Assembly (NCBI GenBank): GCA_963695545.1
Contig: OY968796.1
Location: forward strand, 3,168,001 to 3,232,000
Reading direction: 5' to 3'
DNA length: 64,000 nt
Source: Terriglobia bacterium
Lineage (GTDB): Bacteria > Acidobacteriota > Terriglobia > Acidiferrales > UBA7541
The stretch's first letter is position 1. Every line of letters begins with the position of its first letter. Below are positions 29,092 through 39,388 of the stretch, one piece after another. Position numbers and translations under genes: made by a program. The notes beneath the pieces are model-generated. The model had not been told where the DNA came from, did not search any database, and saw nothing but the letters and a program-made list of their open reading frames with translations.

Positions 29092-29192
29092 CAGGAATCT
29101 ATGGGTTATTCGAATAGAATGGGTAGAAAAGTGGCGGGGATTGTTGCGCGCCTGGATTTGCGGGAGGATTCGAATTAAACGCGGGTGGAAAG

Positions 29193-29297
29193 AATGTGTC
29201 GCCCCTACGGGGCTCAAAACAATTGAGAAAATTATTTTGGGGCTTCGTTACCCAGGGCTTACGCCCTGGGCTAAAATGTGCCGCCCCTACGGGGCTG
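29193..29297. repeat. Composite REP-like unit: two direct repeats flanking a hairpin
   Basis: AATGTG(T/C)CGCCCCTACGGGGCT at 29193 and 29275, with CCCAGGGC-TTAC-GCCCTGGG between them. Confidence 0.75.
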
Positions 29298-29411
29298 GTT
29301 GGGAGTGGCCTTGTTGATTGCGCGACGGGTGTCCCGTCGGACGTTCGAAACTGATCGGACCAGAAGGTCGATCATCCCCGGATTCGCGACGTCGGCCGGA
29401 TGAGGCAACAC

Positions 29412-29440
29412 CGGGCGGAGGCAAGCTCCGCCCCTACAAA
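29412..29440 (-). repeat. REP-like GTAG palindrome, copy 2
   Basis: Reverse complement TTTGTAGGGGCGGAGCTTGCCTCCGCCCG matches 18605-18633 except in the loop. Confidence 0.7.
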
Positions 29441-29485
29441 GGCACGGCCAACGAAGAAAGCCGGCATGCCGGAAGGATCGGTGGG

Positions 29486-31348
29486 CTATTCGACGGTGAC
29501 GGATTTGGCGAGATTGCGGGGTTGATCGACGTCGCAGCCGCGGCGGACGGCGATGTGGTAGGCGAGAAGTTGCAGCGGGATGATTTCGAGGATGGGGACC
29601 ATGATTTCGGGGGCGCAGGGAATTTCTATGATGTGATCGGAGGCTTCACGAGCCTGGCGATCGCCTTCGGTGACCACGGAGATCACGATGCCGTCGCGGG
29701 CTTTGACTTCCTTGATGTTGGAGACGCTTTTTTCGTAGCGCGTCATGGACGCGGGATCGGATTCATCGCGCGTGGCGATGACCACGACCGGAAGATTGGT
29801 GTCAATCAGGGCGTTAGGACCGTGCTTCATTTCGCCGGCGGGATAGCCTTCGGCGTGGATGTAGGAAATTTCTTTCAGCTTCAGCGCGCCTTCAAGGGCC
29901 ATGGGGTAGTGGATGCCGCGGCCGAGGAAAAGAAAATCGGTGTAGCGGAAAAATTCGCGCGCGAGGGCCTCGAAGACGCCGGCTTCGTCGCCGCGCAAAA
30001 CGGTTTCCATGCGATGCGGCATGCGCGTGAGCTCGAGCAGTAACTTTTTGGAAGTTTCGGTGGAGAGGCGGCTGCGCACCTGGCCAAGATAGAGAGCGAC
30101 GAGCATGAGCGCGGTGAGCTGTCCGGTGAAGGCTTTTGTGGAGGCCACGCCGATCTCTGGCCCCGCGTGGGTGAGAAGCGTGCCGGAAGCTTCGCGCGTG
30201 AGCATCGAGCCCATGACGTTGCAAATCGCCAGTGTTTTCGCGCCTTTTTGCTTGGCCTCGCGCTGGGCCGCGAGCGTGTCCGCGGTTTCGCCGGATTGGC
30301 TGATGAAAATGGCCAGAGTGTTGGGATCGATCAGCGGATCGCGATAGCGGAATTCGCTGCCGTAATCCACTTCGACCGGAATGCGCGCGAGGCGCTCGAT
30401 CATGAATTTTCCGGCGAGCGCGGCGTGCCAACTGGTGCCGCAGGCGACGATTTTCAGATTCCGAAAATCCTGGAATTCTTTTTCGGTGATGTCCATTTCA
30501 TCGAGGAAGACGCGGCCGCTATCGAGCGACATGCGGCCGAGCAGAGTTTCGCGCACGGCGCGCGGCTGCTCGAAGATTTCCTTTTGCATGAAATGCTTGA
30601 AGCCGCCCTTTTCGGCCATGATGGGGTCCCAGGTGACGTGCTGCACGGGGCGCTCGATGGGGCGGCCATCGAAATCCATCAGGCGCACGCCTTGCGGCGT
30701 GAGCACGGCGATATCGCCATCGGCCATGAAGAAAACGTCACGCGTGTGGTAGAGCACGGCGGGAATATCGCTGGCGACGAAATATTCATTCTGGCCGAGG
30801 CCGATGACTGCGGGCGGGCCGAAGCGCGCGGCGACGATTTTGTTGAGGTCGCGCGTGGAGATGACAGCGAGGGCGTAAACGCCGGTGAGTTGACGAACGG
30901 TTTTGCGCACGGCATCTTCGAGAGGTCCATCGCCAAAATTCTTTTCGATCAGGTGGGCGATGACTTCGGTGTCGGTATCGGTGACGAATTTATGTCCTTC
31001 GGTTTGAAGCTGCTGCTTGATTTCGGCGTAATTCTCGATGATGCCGTTATGCACCACGACGATTTCGCCCTTGCAATCGCGATGAGGGTGCGCGTTCTGC
31101 TCGGTGGGGCGGCCGTGGGTGGCCCAGCGCGTGTGGCCGATTCCGTAGACGCCGTCAATCGGAGATAGGCGCAGGGATTCTTCGAGATTGTGGAGTTTGC
31201 CGGGGGCGCGGCGGATTTCGAGCTTGCCGTCCTGGGTGATGACGGCGATGCCGGCGGAATCGTAGCCGCGATATTCGAGGCGCTTGAGGCCGTCGAGAAT
31301 CACTGGGACGACTTTTTTAGGGCCGATGTAACCTACAATTCCGCACAC
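29486..31348 (-). CDS. glmS: Glutamine--fructose-6-phosphate transaminase
   Basis: [42 protein letters not shown]. Confidence 0.98.
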   Translation of the reverse strand: MCGIVGYIGPKKVVPVILDGLKRLEYRGYDSAGIAVITQDGKLEIRRAPGKLHNLEESLRLSPIDGVYGIGHTRWATHGRPTEQNAHPHRDCKGEIVVVHNGIIENYAEIKQQLQTEGHKFVTDTDTEVIAHLIEKNFGDGPLEDAVRKTVRQLTGVYALAVISTRDLNKIVAARFGPPAVIGLGQNEYFVASDIPAVLYHTRDVFFMADGDIAVLTPQGVRLMDFDGRPIERPVQHVTWDPIMAEKGGFKHFMQKEIFEQPRAVRETLLGRMSLDSGRVFLDEMDITEKEFQDFRNLKIVACGTSWHAALAGKFMIERLARIPVEVDYGSEFRYRDPLIDPNTLAIFISQSGETADTLAAQREAKQKGAKTLAICNVMGSMLTREASGTLLTHAGPEIGVASTKAFTGQLTALMLVALYLGQVRSRLSTETSKKLLLELTRMPHRMETVLRGDEAGVFEALAREFFRYTDFLFLGRGIHYPMALEGALKLKEISYIHAEGYPAGEMKHGPNALIDTNLPVVVIATRDESDPASMTRYEKSVSNIKEVKARDGIVISVVTEGDRQAREASDHIIEIPCAPEIMVPILEIIPLQLLAYHIAVRRGCDVDQPRNLAKSVTVE

Positions 31349-31520
31349 GCGATGTTTCTCCTTCGAGGGGCGCGGAAATCGAAAGATTCATTGCCGCGCC
31401 GGGGGAACAAAGCCCGCGTTCCCAGACTAGCATAAGTGACGGATCGATTTCGGGACGAAGCCGGTGCCAGTTTATGTGGTGTGGCCGGCGACGTGGCCGG
31501 AGGGAATTACGTTCGATCGT

Positions 31521-31763
31521 CTAATCGACGATCTCGAAACGAAATTCTTCGATGACCGGATTGCTCAAGACTTCGCGCGCGATGCGTTCGACCTGCTGCG
31601 TGGCGGATTCGCGAGTCGCGCCGTCGAGGGCGAGGACGAAAAACTTGCCCTGGCGGACGTCGCGCACTTCGCGGTGGCCGAGCGAGACGAGCGCTTTTTC
31701 GATCGCTTTGCCTTGCGGATCGAGCACCGTGGTTTTGAGCATCACCCAGACGTGAGCTTTCAC
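31521..31763 (-). CDS. purS: Phosphoribosylformylglycinamidine synthase subunit PurS
   Basis: VLDPQGKAI, VRQGK, LSNPVIE. Confidence 0.95.
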   Translation of the reverse strand: MKAHVWVMLKTTVLDPQGKAIEKALVSLGHREVRDVRQGKFFVLALDGATRESATQQVERIAREVLSNPVIEEFRFEIVD

Positions 31764-31770
31764 AGGCTAA

Positions 31771-32808
31771 TTATAGCAAGCCCGCGGCATTTCGCCCGCG
31801 TTCAAATTCGGCCTGGAGCGCGTCGCGCTCGGGCACGTCGAGAAACGCGCATTCAAAGCCGGATCGCGCGAGGCGCAGGAGATCTTGCGGCGCGACGCCA
31901 ATGCGGCGGGCCAATTCGTACTCGGCGGTCAGGGAGGTCTCAAACATGGCGGGATCGTCAGCGCCCAGAGTGACGCGCACCCCGCGGCGGAGCAACATTG
32001 GAAGAGGATGCTCGGATTCGGTGGCGGCGGATTTGCCGAGTTGGCGCGCAAGCGCTCCGGTGCGCAAATTGCTGGTGGGGCAGACTTCGAGAGGCACTCC
32101 GGATTTTGCGAGCGAGTCCATCAGGCGCTCGCTGCGCATCGCGGCGATGCCGTGGCCGATGCGCTCGGCGCCGAGCAATTCGATCGCGTCGACGACGGAT
32201 TCGGGGCCGCCGGTTTCGCCGGCGTGAACCAGGCGATGCAATCCGGCGGCGGCGGCGAAATCGTAAGCGGCGCGGAATTCCGATGCGGGCAGGGACAATT
32301 CGTCGCCGCCCATGCCGAATGCGATGACGCCATCGCTGCGAAGCGCCGCGGCGCGATGGGCGACTTCCATCGCGGGAGCGGGGCCGAACTGCCGCACGCA
32401 ATCGAAAATCCAGGCGCAACGGAGGGAGGGGATTTTTTGCGCCGCGCCGCCAATGGCGTGGAGATTCGCCGCGGGGTCTTGTTTGCGGAGCAACATCACG
32501 CCGGCGGAGAGTGTGATCTCGGCGTAGAGCACGTTCTGCTGCGCGAGCGATTGGCCGAGATGTTGCATGACGAGAGCGTAGTCGGCTGGATCGCGCAGGA
32601 ACGACGTGACCCATTTGAACGCTTCGATAAATTGCGCGAAGTCGCCGGGGGCGTAGCGCGCGGCAACCTCCTGCGCAGTGATGTGAACGCCGTGGCGCGC
32701 GGCGAGTTCGACGGCGGTGGCGGGCGCGATTGAGCCTTCGAGATGCAAATGCAATTCGGCTTTGGGGAGAGCGAGGAGCGAGGGGTCGGGGCGGGCGGCG
32801 TCGGCCAC
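31771..32808 (-). CDS. add: Adenosine/adenine deaminase
   Basis: PKAELHLHLEGS, HAGE, RIGHG, CPTSN, DDPAMF. Confidence 0.9.
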   Translation of the reverse strand: MADAARPDPSLLALPKAELHLHLEGSIAPATAVELAARHGVHITAQEVAARYAPGDFAQFIEAFKWVTSFLRDPADYALVMQHLGQSLAQQNVLYAEITLSAGVMLLRKQDPAANLHAIGGAAQKIPSLRCAWIFDCVRQFGPAPAMEVAHRAAALRSDGVIAFGMGGDELSLPASEFRAAYDFAAAAGLHRLVHAGETGGPESVVDAIELLGAERIGHGIAAMRSERLMDSLAKSGVPLEVCPTSNLRTGALARQLGKSAATESEHPLPMLLRRGVRVTLGADDPAMFETSLTAEYELARRIGVAPQDLLRLARSGFECAFLDVPERDALQAEFERGRNAAGLL

Positions 32809-32818
32809 GGCGCGGCGG

Positions 32819-33694
32819 CTACTGGGACGGCAACTGGGGCCGGCCGGCGTTGATCCAGGCGGTGAGCCAGTAGGAGCCGACGTCGGTGGCGGCGTCGGTG
32901 AGCTGACGGATCACGATGGCGCCGGCGCGGTCGTAGAAGCGATCGTAATATTGATCGTCGAAATCGTTCGAGCCGGCGCGGGAGTTGCGGTCGGCGAGAA
33001 GAATGTTTTCAAGCCAGGCGTGCGCGGAGAGGCAATCCTCGAAAGCGTGGTCGGTGGGATCGTTGATGAATACGGCGTCGTTCGGGCGCAATGGGAAAAA
33101 ATGTGAATAGTGATCGACGAGCGAGGAATCGAAGCGCGAATTGACGCCGGGTTGTCCGGAAAGCGAGCCGTCGAAATCAACCGTGGTGTTGAAGGGATCG
33201 TGCGCTTCGGCAACGTAGGCGGCGAGCCAGGCGGCCGTGAGCTTGGCTTGTTCCCAATTGCCGGCGCGCATGGCGGCGGTGAGTTTTGCGCTGTAAACGC
33301 CGATCTCCCACGGGAGCACGCCGCCGGCTTGGACTTTGGCTTTGCCATATTTGGTGACGGCATCTTTGTAGTCGCGGGGGAGCGCGGCGTAAGGGAATTT
33401 TCCGTAGCGCTCGAGGCGCAATACGTGATTGGGGCGCTCGGTGAGGGGAGTTTTGTCGAGCCAATCGAAGGGATCGGCGGAATGCTTGACGATGAAATCG
33501 CGATTGGCTTCAAAGAACGGCTGGATTTCAACGGGCAGCGTGTCAACGCCCTTGCTGGCGATCAAGCGCTCGCTGTTCACGCCCCAGGCGCGAGCGAGCG
33601 CGGGCGCCGCGAGTGTAAGCAGCGCCAAAACGGCGGCTCGCGCAGACGCGCTGCGCGCTGATTTTATGGCGCCGAGTGAATTCCCAGGGCTCAT
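32819..33694 (-). CDS. Exported S1/P1 nuclease / Zn-phospholipase C fold protein, metal ligands degenerate
   Basis: Signal peptide then A|WG, TLP, GVLPW, YVAEAHDPFNTT, GQPGVNSRFDS, YWLTAW. Confidence 0.7.
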   Translation of the reverse strand: MSPGNSLGAIKSARSASARAAVLALLTLAAPALARAWGVNSERLIASKGVDTLPVEIQPFFEANRDFIVKHSADPFDWLDKTPLTERPNHVLRLERYGKFPYAALPRDYKDAVTKYGKAKVQAGGVLPWEIGVYSAKLTAAMRAGNWEQAKLTAAWLAAYVAEAHDPFNTTVDFDGSLSGQPGVNSRFDSSLVDHYSHFFPLRPNDAVFINDPTDHAFEDCLSAHAWLENILLADRNSRAGSNDFDDQYYDRFYDRAGAIVIRQLTDAATDVGSYWLTAWINAGRPQLPSQ

Positions 33695-33790
33695 AGGCTC
33701 CGACGAGAGCGCTCGAATGATGACTCTACCTTTAGCGTGGCCGGACGCGCAACCGCGAGAAGCGTGCGCGGCAATGGCGCGCGCGATGAC

Positions 33791-36055
33791 TCAGGCCCAC
33801 ACGAGTTGGGCGTAGCGCTCGACCAATATTTTCACGCCGTAATCGGAGAAGCGCACGGTGAGTTTGCGATCGTCGTCTTCGCCTTCGACGGCGACAATCG
33901 TGCCGGTTCCGTATTTGGGATGGCGCACGCGGCGGCCGACGAATGGATTCGCCGAGGCCGATCTCGACACGGCAGAAGAGCTGCGCCCGGCGCGCGATGC
34001 GGAGGCGACGCCGGAGCCGGATGCACCGCGGCTCGCGCCCGGAGCGGGTCTGCGCGCGCGGCGGGCGAATTCTTCAGCGGAATACGAATATTCCGGGTCG
34101 GGCTCGTAGCGGCGCGTTTCGCCGGCGTCGGCAAGCGAGCCATGCGCGGACTCGATGAGCTCGCCGGGGATTTCGGCGAGGAAGCGCGAGGGAAGCGAAC
34201 CTTCGAGGCGATCGTTGCCGTAGATGCGGCGATACACCGCGCGCGTAAGCGTGAGCGTATCGCGTGCGCGCGTCATGCCGACGTAGCAGAGGCGGCGCTC
34301 TTCTTCGATGTCGTCGGGATGATTTGCGGAGCGGCTGTGCGGGAAGACGCCCTCTTCGAGGCCAGTGAGAAAAACGTGCTCGAATTCGAGGCCTTTCGCG
34401 CTGTGAAGCGTGAGCAGCGTGACGGCGGAACGGCTGTCGAAGTTGTCGGCGTCGCTCACTAGGGCGGCGCGTTCGAGAAAATCGGTGAGCGTCTCGCCGC
34501 GATCGGCGCCTTCGGCGACTGCGGCGAGCAGTTCGCGCACGTTGTCGGCGCGCGCGGAGTCCTCGACGGAATCGCGCTGGGAGAGCATATCGAGATAGCC
34601 GGAGCGGTCGATCACGCGCGAAAGAAATTCCGCGGGAGGCAGCGCGACATCGACGCGCAATTGGTCGATAAGCACGCGGAATCCGCGCAGAGGAACAGCC
34701 GAGCGCTGGCCTGTGGCGTTCTCGACGAGTTCCGCGGACGCAGCCCACAGGGAAATGCCGCGCTCGTGAGCCAGGCCGCGCAGCGCGCCGAGCGTGACCT
34801 TGCCGATTCCGCGCGGCGGCGTGTTGAGCACGCGCAACAGAGCGACGTCGTCATCGGGTCGGATCGCGAGGCGCGCGTAGGCCAGGACGTCCTTCACTTC
34901 CGCGCGTTGGTAAAACGAAAATCCGCCGAGCATGCGATAGCGAATCGCGCGCCAGAGCAGCGCTTCTTCAAACGCTCGCGACTGCGCGTTGGTGCGGTAG
35001 AGCACGGCGGCGTGGGCGGTGGAATCTTCGGCGAGAAGCACGCCGATGCGCTCGGCGACAAACTCGGCTTCGGCTTTGGCGTCGCGCGCTTCGTAGAAAG
35101 CCAGCAGATTGCCCACGCCGCGCGTGGCTTCGAGAGTTTTGCCAAGGCGCCTCTGATTCTTTTGCACGACTCCGGCGGCGGCGTCGAGGATATTTTGCGT
35201 CGAGCGATAATTTTGCTCGAGGCGGATCACTTGCGCGCCGGGGAAATTCTCGGCGAAGCGCAGGATGTTTCCGACGTCGGCGCCGCGCCAACGATAGATG
35301 GATTGATCTTCGTCGCCGACGACGCAGAGATTGCGATCCGAATTCAGCAGCAGGCGCAGTAAGTCGAATTGCGCGCGGTTGGTGTCCTGGTATTCATCTA
35401 CGAGGATGTAGCGAAAGCGCGCGCTCCAGGCGGCGCGGGCCTCGCTCGACTCCGCGAGCACCTGCACGGCGCGCAGCAGCAGATCGTCAAAATCGAGCGC
35501 GCCGGCGCGGCGCAGCACCCCTTCATAGGCAGCGTAGATGCGCGCGAAGGCGCGGGCGCGGTCGTCGCCAGCCGCTTCGGACGCGGCTTCCGGAGTCTCG
35601 CCATGATTCTTGGCGGAACTGATGCGTTCGAGCAGCGCGCGCGGGCGCTCGGAGGAATCGGACACGCCGAGTTGTTCGAGGGCGCGCTTGACGGCGGCGG
35701 TTTGATCGTCGTCGTCGTAGATGGCGAAGTCGCGAGGGAGTCCGAGCCGCGGCGCTTCGCGGCGCAGCAAGCGCGCGCAAAATGCGTGAAACGTGTAGAT
35801 CCACGGATCGGCGAAGGGCTTGCCGGAGCGCAGCAGGAGCGCCGCGACGCGCTCGCGCATCTCATCGGCGGCTTTGTTCGTGAACGTGACGGCAAGAACC
35901 GCGTCGCCGGGCACGCATGTCTCAATCAAATGCGCGATTCGGTAGGTGACCACACGGGTTTTGCCCGTGCCCGCGCCGGCGAGAACCAGCACCGGGCCTT
36001 CGGTGGCCAGTGCGGCTTCGCGCTGCTTGGGATTCAAATCGTCGAGGAGGGTCAT
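33791..36055 (-). CDS. pcrA: UvrD/PcrA-family DNA helicase
   Basis: AGAGTGKT, TFTNKAA, DEYQDTN, NYRST, TLHSAKGLEF, EERRLCYVGMTRA, C-terminal Tudor-like HPKYG. Confidence 0.93.
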   Translation of the reverse strand: MTLLDDLNPKQREAALATEGPVLVLAGAGTGKTRVVTYRIAHLIETCVPGDAVLAVTFTNKAADEMRERVAALLLRSGKPFADPWIYTFHAFCARLLRREAPRLGLPRDFAIYDDDDQTAAVKRALEQLGVSDSSERPRALLERISSAKNHGETPEAASEAAGDDRARAFARIYAAYEGVLRRAGALDFDDLLLRAVQVLAESSEARAAWSARFRYILVDEYQDTNRAQFDLLRLLLNSDRNLCVVGDEDQSIYRWRGADVGNILRFAENFPGAQVIRLEQNYRSTQNILDAAAGVVQKNQRRLGKTLEATRGVGNLLAFYEARDAKAEAEFVAERIGVLLAEDSTAHAAVLYRTNAQSRAFEEALLWRAIRYRMLGGFSFYQRAEVKDVLAYARLAIRPDDDVALLRVLNTPPRGIGKVTLGALRGLAHERGISLWAASAELVENATGQRSAVPLRGFRVLIDQLRVDVALPPAEFLSRVIDRSGYLDMLSQRDSVEDSARADNVRELLAAVAEGADRGETLTDFLERAALVSDADNFDSRSAVTLLTLHSAKGLEFEHVFLTGLEEGVFPHSRSANHPDDIEEERRLCYVGMTRARDTLTLTRAVYRRIYGNDRLEGSLPSRFLAEIPGELIESAHGSLADAGETRRYEPDPEYSYSAEEFARRARRPAPGASRGASGSGVASASRAGRSSSAVSRSASANPFVGRRVRHPKYGTGTIVAVEGEDDDRKLTVRFSDYGVKILVERYAQLVWA

Positions 36056-36182
36056 GATGAACTGGGAATCGCGGACGTATTCGAGTTTAGCTGACGACAA
36101 AGGCTTCGGCAAATCGCATGAACGCAGGAATGGAGCGGACGGTAAGGCGTTAATCGAACACAGATCAGGCGTGGCGCCAAAA

Positions 36183-36827
36183 TCAGGGTTTGACTGCCGG
36201 CGCGAGGTCAACCTCGAAGAACAGCAGCACTTGATTATTTACGAGATACGTTAAGTCCGGAATGTAGAGTTGAGAATCGCGCAGCAGATCGACGTGATGG
36301 GCCAAATCGAAATAGAGGCAACCGTGCACGGTGCCGTGTGGCGGAATGAGGTCGCTCGCGAGCGCCGCGGCGCGCACGGAATCCGCGAGCGCGGTCCACT
36401 GCTTATCGTGATCGCCCTTCGGATTGCCGATGGGGAGGCGCGGCCGGCCTGCGGTCGGATCAGTGCCGCCGGTGAGCAGCACTCGATCGGCGACTTCTTC
36501 GGGGGTGAGCGCTTCGACGCGCTGGGGATCGTCGCCGTCCGGGCCGACCACCAGACGCACGGTGCTTAAGTCCACGTGAATGGGGGAGTCGTTGTCATTC
36601 CGGAAATAGACGTCAAGCGCGACGACGCCGGCGTCGTATGGACTCTTCTTGCCGAAATGATCTTTGTACCAAGTCGCGTCGAGCATGGGTTGAACGGCGA
36701 CGAGAAGTTTCTCGTGGGAATCATGCGCGGGGAGGGAAGCGGGATCGGTTTGCGCGCGCGCGGGCGCGCACGTGGCGACCGCGGCGAAGGCTGCGACGAA
36801 GATGAGCAATGATCCTGTGCGAGTCAT
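36183..36827 (-). CDS. Exported hypothetical protein
   Basis: 214 aa, signal peptide ending ARA|Q, globular body. Confidence 0.7.
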   Translation of the reverse strand: MTRTGSLLIFVAAFAAVATCAPARAQTDPASLPAHDSHEKLLVAVQPMLDATWYKDHFGKKSPYDAGVVALDVYFRNDNDSPIHVDLSTVRLVVGPDGDDPQRVEALTPEEVADRVLLTGGTDPTAGRPRLPIGNPKGDHDKQWTALADSVRAAALASDLIPPHGTVHGCLYFDLAHHVDLLRDSQLYIPDLTYLVNNQVLLFFEVDLAPAVKP

Positions 36828-37016
36828 GCGCGAATCAACCGCGAGTCACGGCGCCGCATCCTGCGATCTCAGATGCGGCAACGCAGCAAGAGTTGCCCCG
36901 TACCACTGGCAGCTTGTAATCACTATAATAACCCCGCATTCGGGTCCGTCCGAAGGAGTCCTGAACGGCGCGCGCCGATTTCGCCTGTTGGCCGGGCGAA
37001 CGTTGCCGCCAGGTGC

Positions 37017-38363
37017 ATGTTTTTCCTCTACACGTTGCTGACTGCCGCGGGGATGGCGCTTGCGTCGCCGTATTTTTTATTGCAGGCGCTGCGCCGCGGA
37101 CAGTCATTCGGCTCACTGCGGCAACGCTTTGGCTGGGGCTACCCGGCGGAGCTTCGAGCGGGCGATGACGGCGCGATTTGGGTGCACGCGGTTTCCGTGG
37201 GCGAGCTGCTTGCGGTGATGCCGTTGTTGCGCTGCCTCAAGGAACGATTTCCACCGCGCCGCTTGGTGATTTCCACGACCACAGCCACCGGCCAGCGATT
37301 GGCGCGCGAGCGCTTGGCGTGGGCCGACGCAATATTTTATTTCCCGCTCGATTGGCCCGGGCCAGTGCGGCGCGCGCTGGCAGCGGTGCGGCCGGCGATG
37401 GTGGTGATCGCGGAAACCGAGATCTGGCCGAACTTTCTGCGCGCGGTGAGCGCGCGCGGCGTGCCGATCGCGTTCGTCAATGGGCGGCTCTCCGAACGTT
37501 CCCATAACAGGCTGCGCCGCGCGGCGAGGATTTCTCCGGGAGCGATCGGCGGATTCGAGCGGCGCGTGTTGTCGTTTGCTTCGATCTACATGATGCAATC
37601 GGATGCGGACGCCGAGCGACTGGTCAATCTGGGCGCGCCACCTGCGCGCGTCGTGGTGACGGGCAATCTGAAGTACGATCTCCGGCAGCCGGAACCCGGC
37701 GCGCTCGCGGCGTGGTTGATTCGGGAACTGAAGCGCGCGCAACGCGGACCGATTATCGTGGCGGGCAGTTTGGCGGAGGGCGAAGAGCGGGCCGTGCTCG
37801 ACGCGCTCGCCGCGATCGAGCGCGAATGGCCCGCGGCGCTGCTGATTGCGGCGCCGCGTAAGCCGCAGACTTTCGATTCCGCTGCGCGGGAAATCGAGGC
37901 GCGGGGCCGCGTGGCGGTTCGTCGAAGTGCGCTCGATCTCGATCTCGATCGCGATGGCGCCGTCGCGCTGGATGTGCCGGGCGCGGTACTGCTTCTCGAT
38001 AGCGTCGGCGAACTCGCCGGGCTTTACGCGCTGGCGGACGCGGTGTTCGTAGGCGGATCGCTTGTGCCGGTGGGCGGCCACAATATTCTGGAGCCGGCGA
38101 TCGTGGGGCGCGCGCCGGTGTTCGGTCCATCGATGGACAATTTCAAGGAAATGGCGGCGCGGTTTCGCGAAGCGGGCGCGGGGATGGAAGTCGCCGATGC
38201 CACGGAATTAGCCGCTGCCTGGGCGGGCCTGCTGCGCGATCCGGAAGAGCGCGAGCGTCGCGGCGCGGCCGCGAAGGCGTTGGTGGAACGCTATCGCGGC
38301 GCGACCGGAGCGGCGACCGAGCGGTTGAGCGCGCTTCTTCCTGCCGACCGGAGTGCGACTTGA
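37017..38363 (+). CDS. waaA: Kdo transferase
   Basis: IWVHAVSVGE, ETEIWPN, NGRLS, TGNLKYD, GGHNILEPA. Confidence 0.93.
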   Translation: MFFLYTLLTAAGMALASPYFLLQALRRGQSFGSLRQRFGWGYPAELRAGDDGAIWVHAVSVGELLAVMPLLRCLKERFPPRRLVISTTTATGQRLARERLAWADAIFYFPLDWPGPVRRALAAVRPAMVVIAETEIWPNFLRAVSARGVPIAFVNGRLSERSHNRLRRAARISPGAIGGFERRVLSFASIYMMQSDADAERLVNLGAPPARVVVTGNLKYDLRQPEPGALAAWLIRELKRAQRGPIIVAGSLAEGEERAVLDALAAIEREWPAALLIAAPRKPQTFDSAAREIEARGRVAVRRSALDLDLDRDGAVALDVPGAVLLLDSVGELAGLYALADAVFVGGSLVPVGGHNILEPAIVGRAPVFGPSMDNFKEMAARFREAGAGMEVADATELAAAWAGLLRDPEERERRGAAAKALVERYRGATGAATERLSALLPADRSAT

Positions 38364-39388
38364 ATCCGCCGGCGATTGTGTCGTGGCTGCTGTGGCCTCT
38401 CAGCTTAATTTATGGCGCGTGGATGGCCTTGCGCGCGTGGGCGTATCGCCGCCGCATCTTCAAATCGAAAGGCGTGGAAGGAATCGTCGTCAGCATCGGC
38501 AATCTGACGACGGGCGGCACAGGCAAGACTCCGACGGCGCTGTGGCTCGCGCTGCGCGCGGCGGAAGCGGGGCAACGCGCCGCCATTCTTCTGCGCGGCT
38601 ATGGCGCGCGCGGGGAAGCTGGCGCCGATGGCCGTCCGCGCAGCGACGAAGCCGCGCTGTTGCGAGATCGTTTGGGCGGACGGGCGCAGCTTGGCATCGG
38701 AGCGGATCGCATCGCGTCGGCCCAGGCGCTCGGGCGCCACGGCGTCACCTGGTTCGTGCTCGACGATGGATTTCAGCATCTCAAGTTGCAGCGCGACGTG
38801 GATATTGTTCTGCTCGATGCGACGCGACCGTTTGGCAACGGTCGACTTTTGCCGGCAGGTTCGTTGCGCGAACGGCGTTCCGCGCTCGGCCGCGCCGACA
38901 TTATTTTGATCACGCGCAGCGAGCACGCGCCCGCGCTTGAAACCGCGGTGCGGCGATTTACGCAGGCGCCGGTATTCTACGCGCACGCACGGTTCGATGG
39001 TTTGTACCGCGCGCCGCAGCGTGCGATCTCCTTACCGAAGGCGGATTGGGCGCGGGGGCGATTCTTCGCTTTTGCAGGAATCGGAAATCCCGCGGCGTTT
39101 TTCGACGATCTCGGGCGTTGGGGCGTGCCGCTGGCGGGCAAGCGCGGGTTTCGCGATCATCATCGCTTCACGCTCGCGGATCTCGCGCAGCTCGAGCGCG
39201 CCGCGGCGGAAAATTCGGCCGACGCGCTGGTATGCACGGAAAAGGATGTATACAACCTTGGCGATATTTCCTCGCTGCGTTTGCCGATTTATGCCGCATG
39301 CATTTCGATTGCGATCGGCGACGAAGAGCGATTCTGGGAGACCATTTGCCGCGTCGTGATTGAGTCGACGAGCGAGGCGCCGCGATGA
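38360..39388 (+). CDS. lpxK: Tetraacyldisaccharide 4'-kinase
   Basis: GNLTTGGTGKTP, RGYG, SDE, LDDGFQH, LLPAGSLRE, TEKD. Confidence 0.94.
   Translation: MNPPAIVSWLLWPLSLIYGAWMALRAWAYRRRIFKSKGVEGIVVSIGNLTTGGTGKTPTALWLALRAAEAGQRAAILLRGYGARGEAGADGRPRSDEAALLRDRLGGRAQLGIGADRIASAQALGRHGVTWFVLDDGFQHLKLQRDVDIVLLDATRPFGNGRLLPAGSLRERRSALGRADIILITRSEHAPALETAVRRFTQAPVFYAHARFDGLYRAPQRAISLPKADWARGRFFAFAGIGNPAAFFDDLGRWGVPLAGKRGFRDHHRFTLADLAQLERAAAENSADALVCTEKDVYNLGDISSLRLPIYAACISIAIGDEERFWETICRVVIESTSEAPR

Noticed and set aside
29193..29297. CRISPR-like direct repeats
   Set aside because: Only two copies, the intervening DNA is itself a hairpin, and no cas genes are present
31349..31520. glmS ribozyme upstream of glmS
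   Set aside because: No AGCGCC...GACGAGG core; only short generic hairpins
37932..37949. (CTCGAT)x3 in waaA as a phase-variation tract
   Set aside because: In-frame hexamer with only three units; length change would not shift the frame
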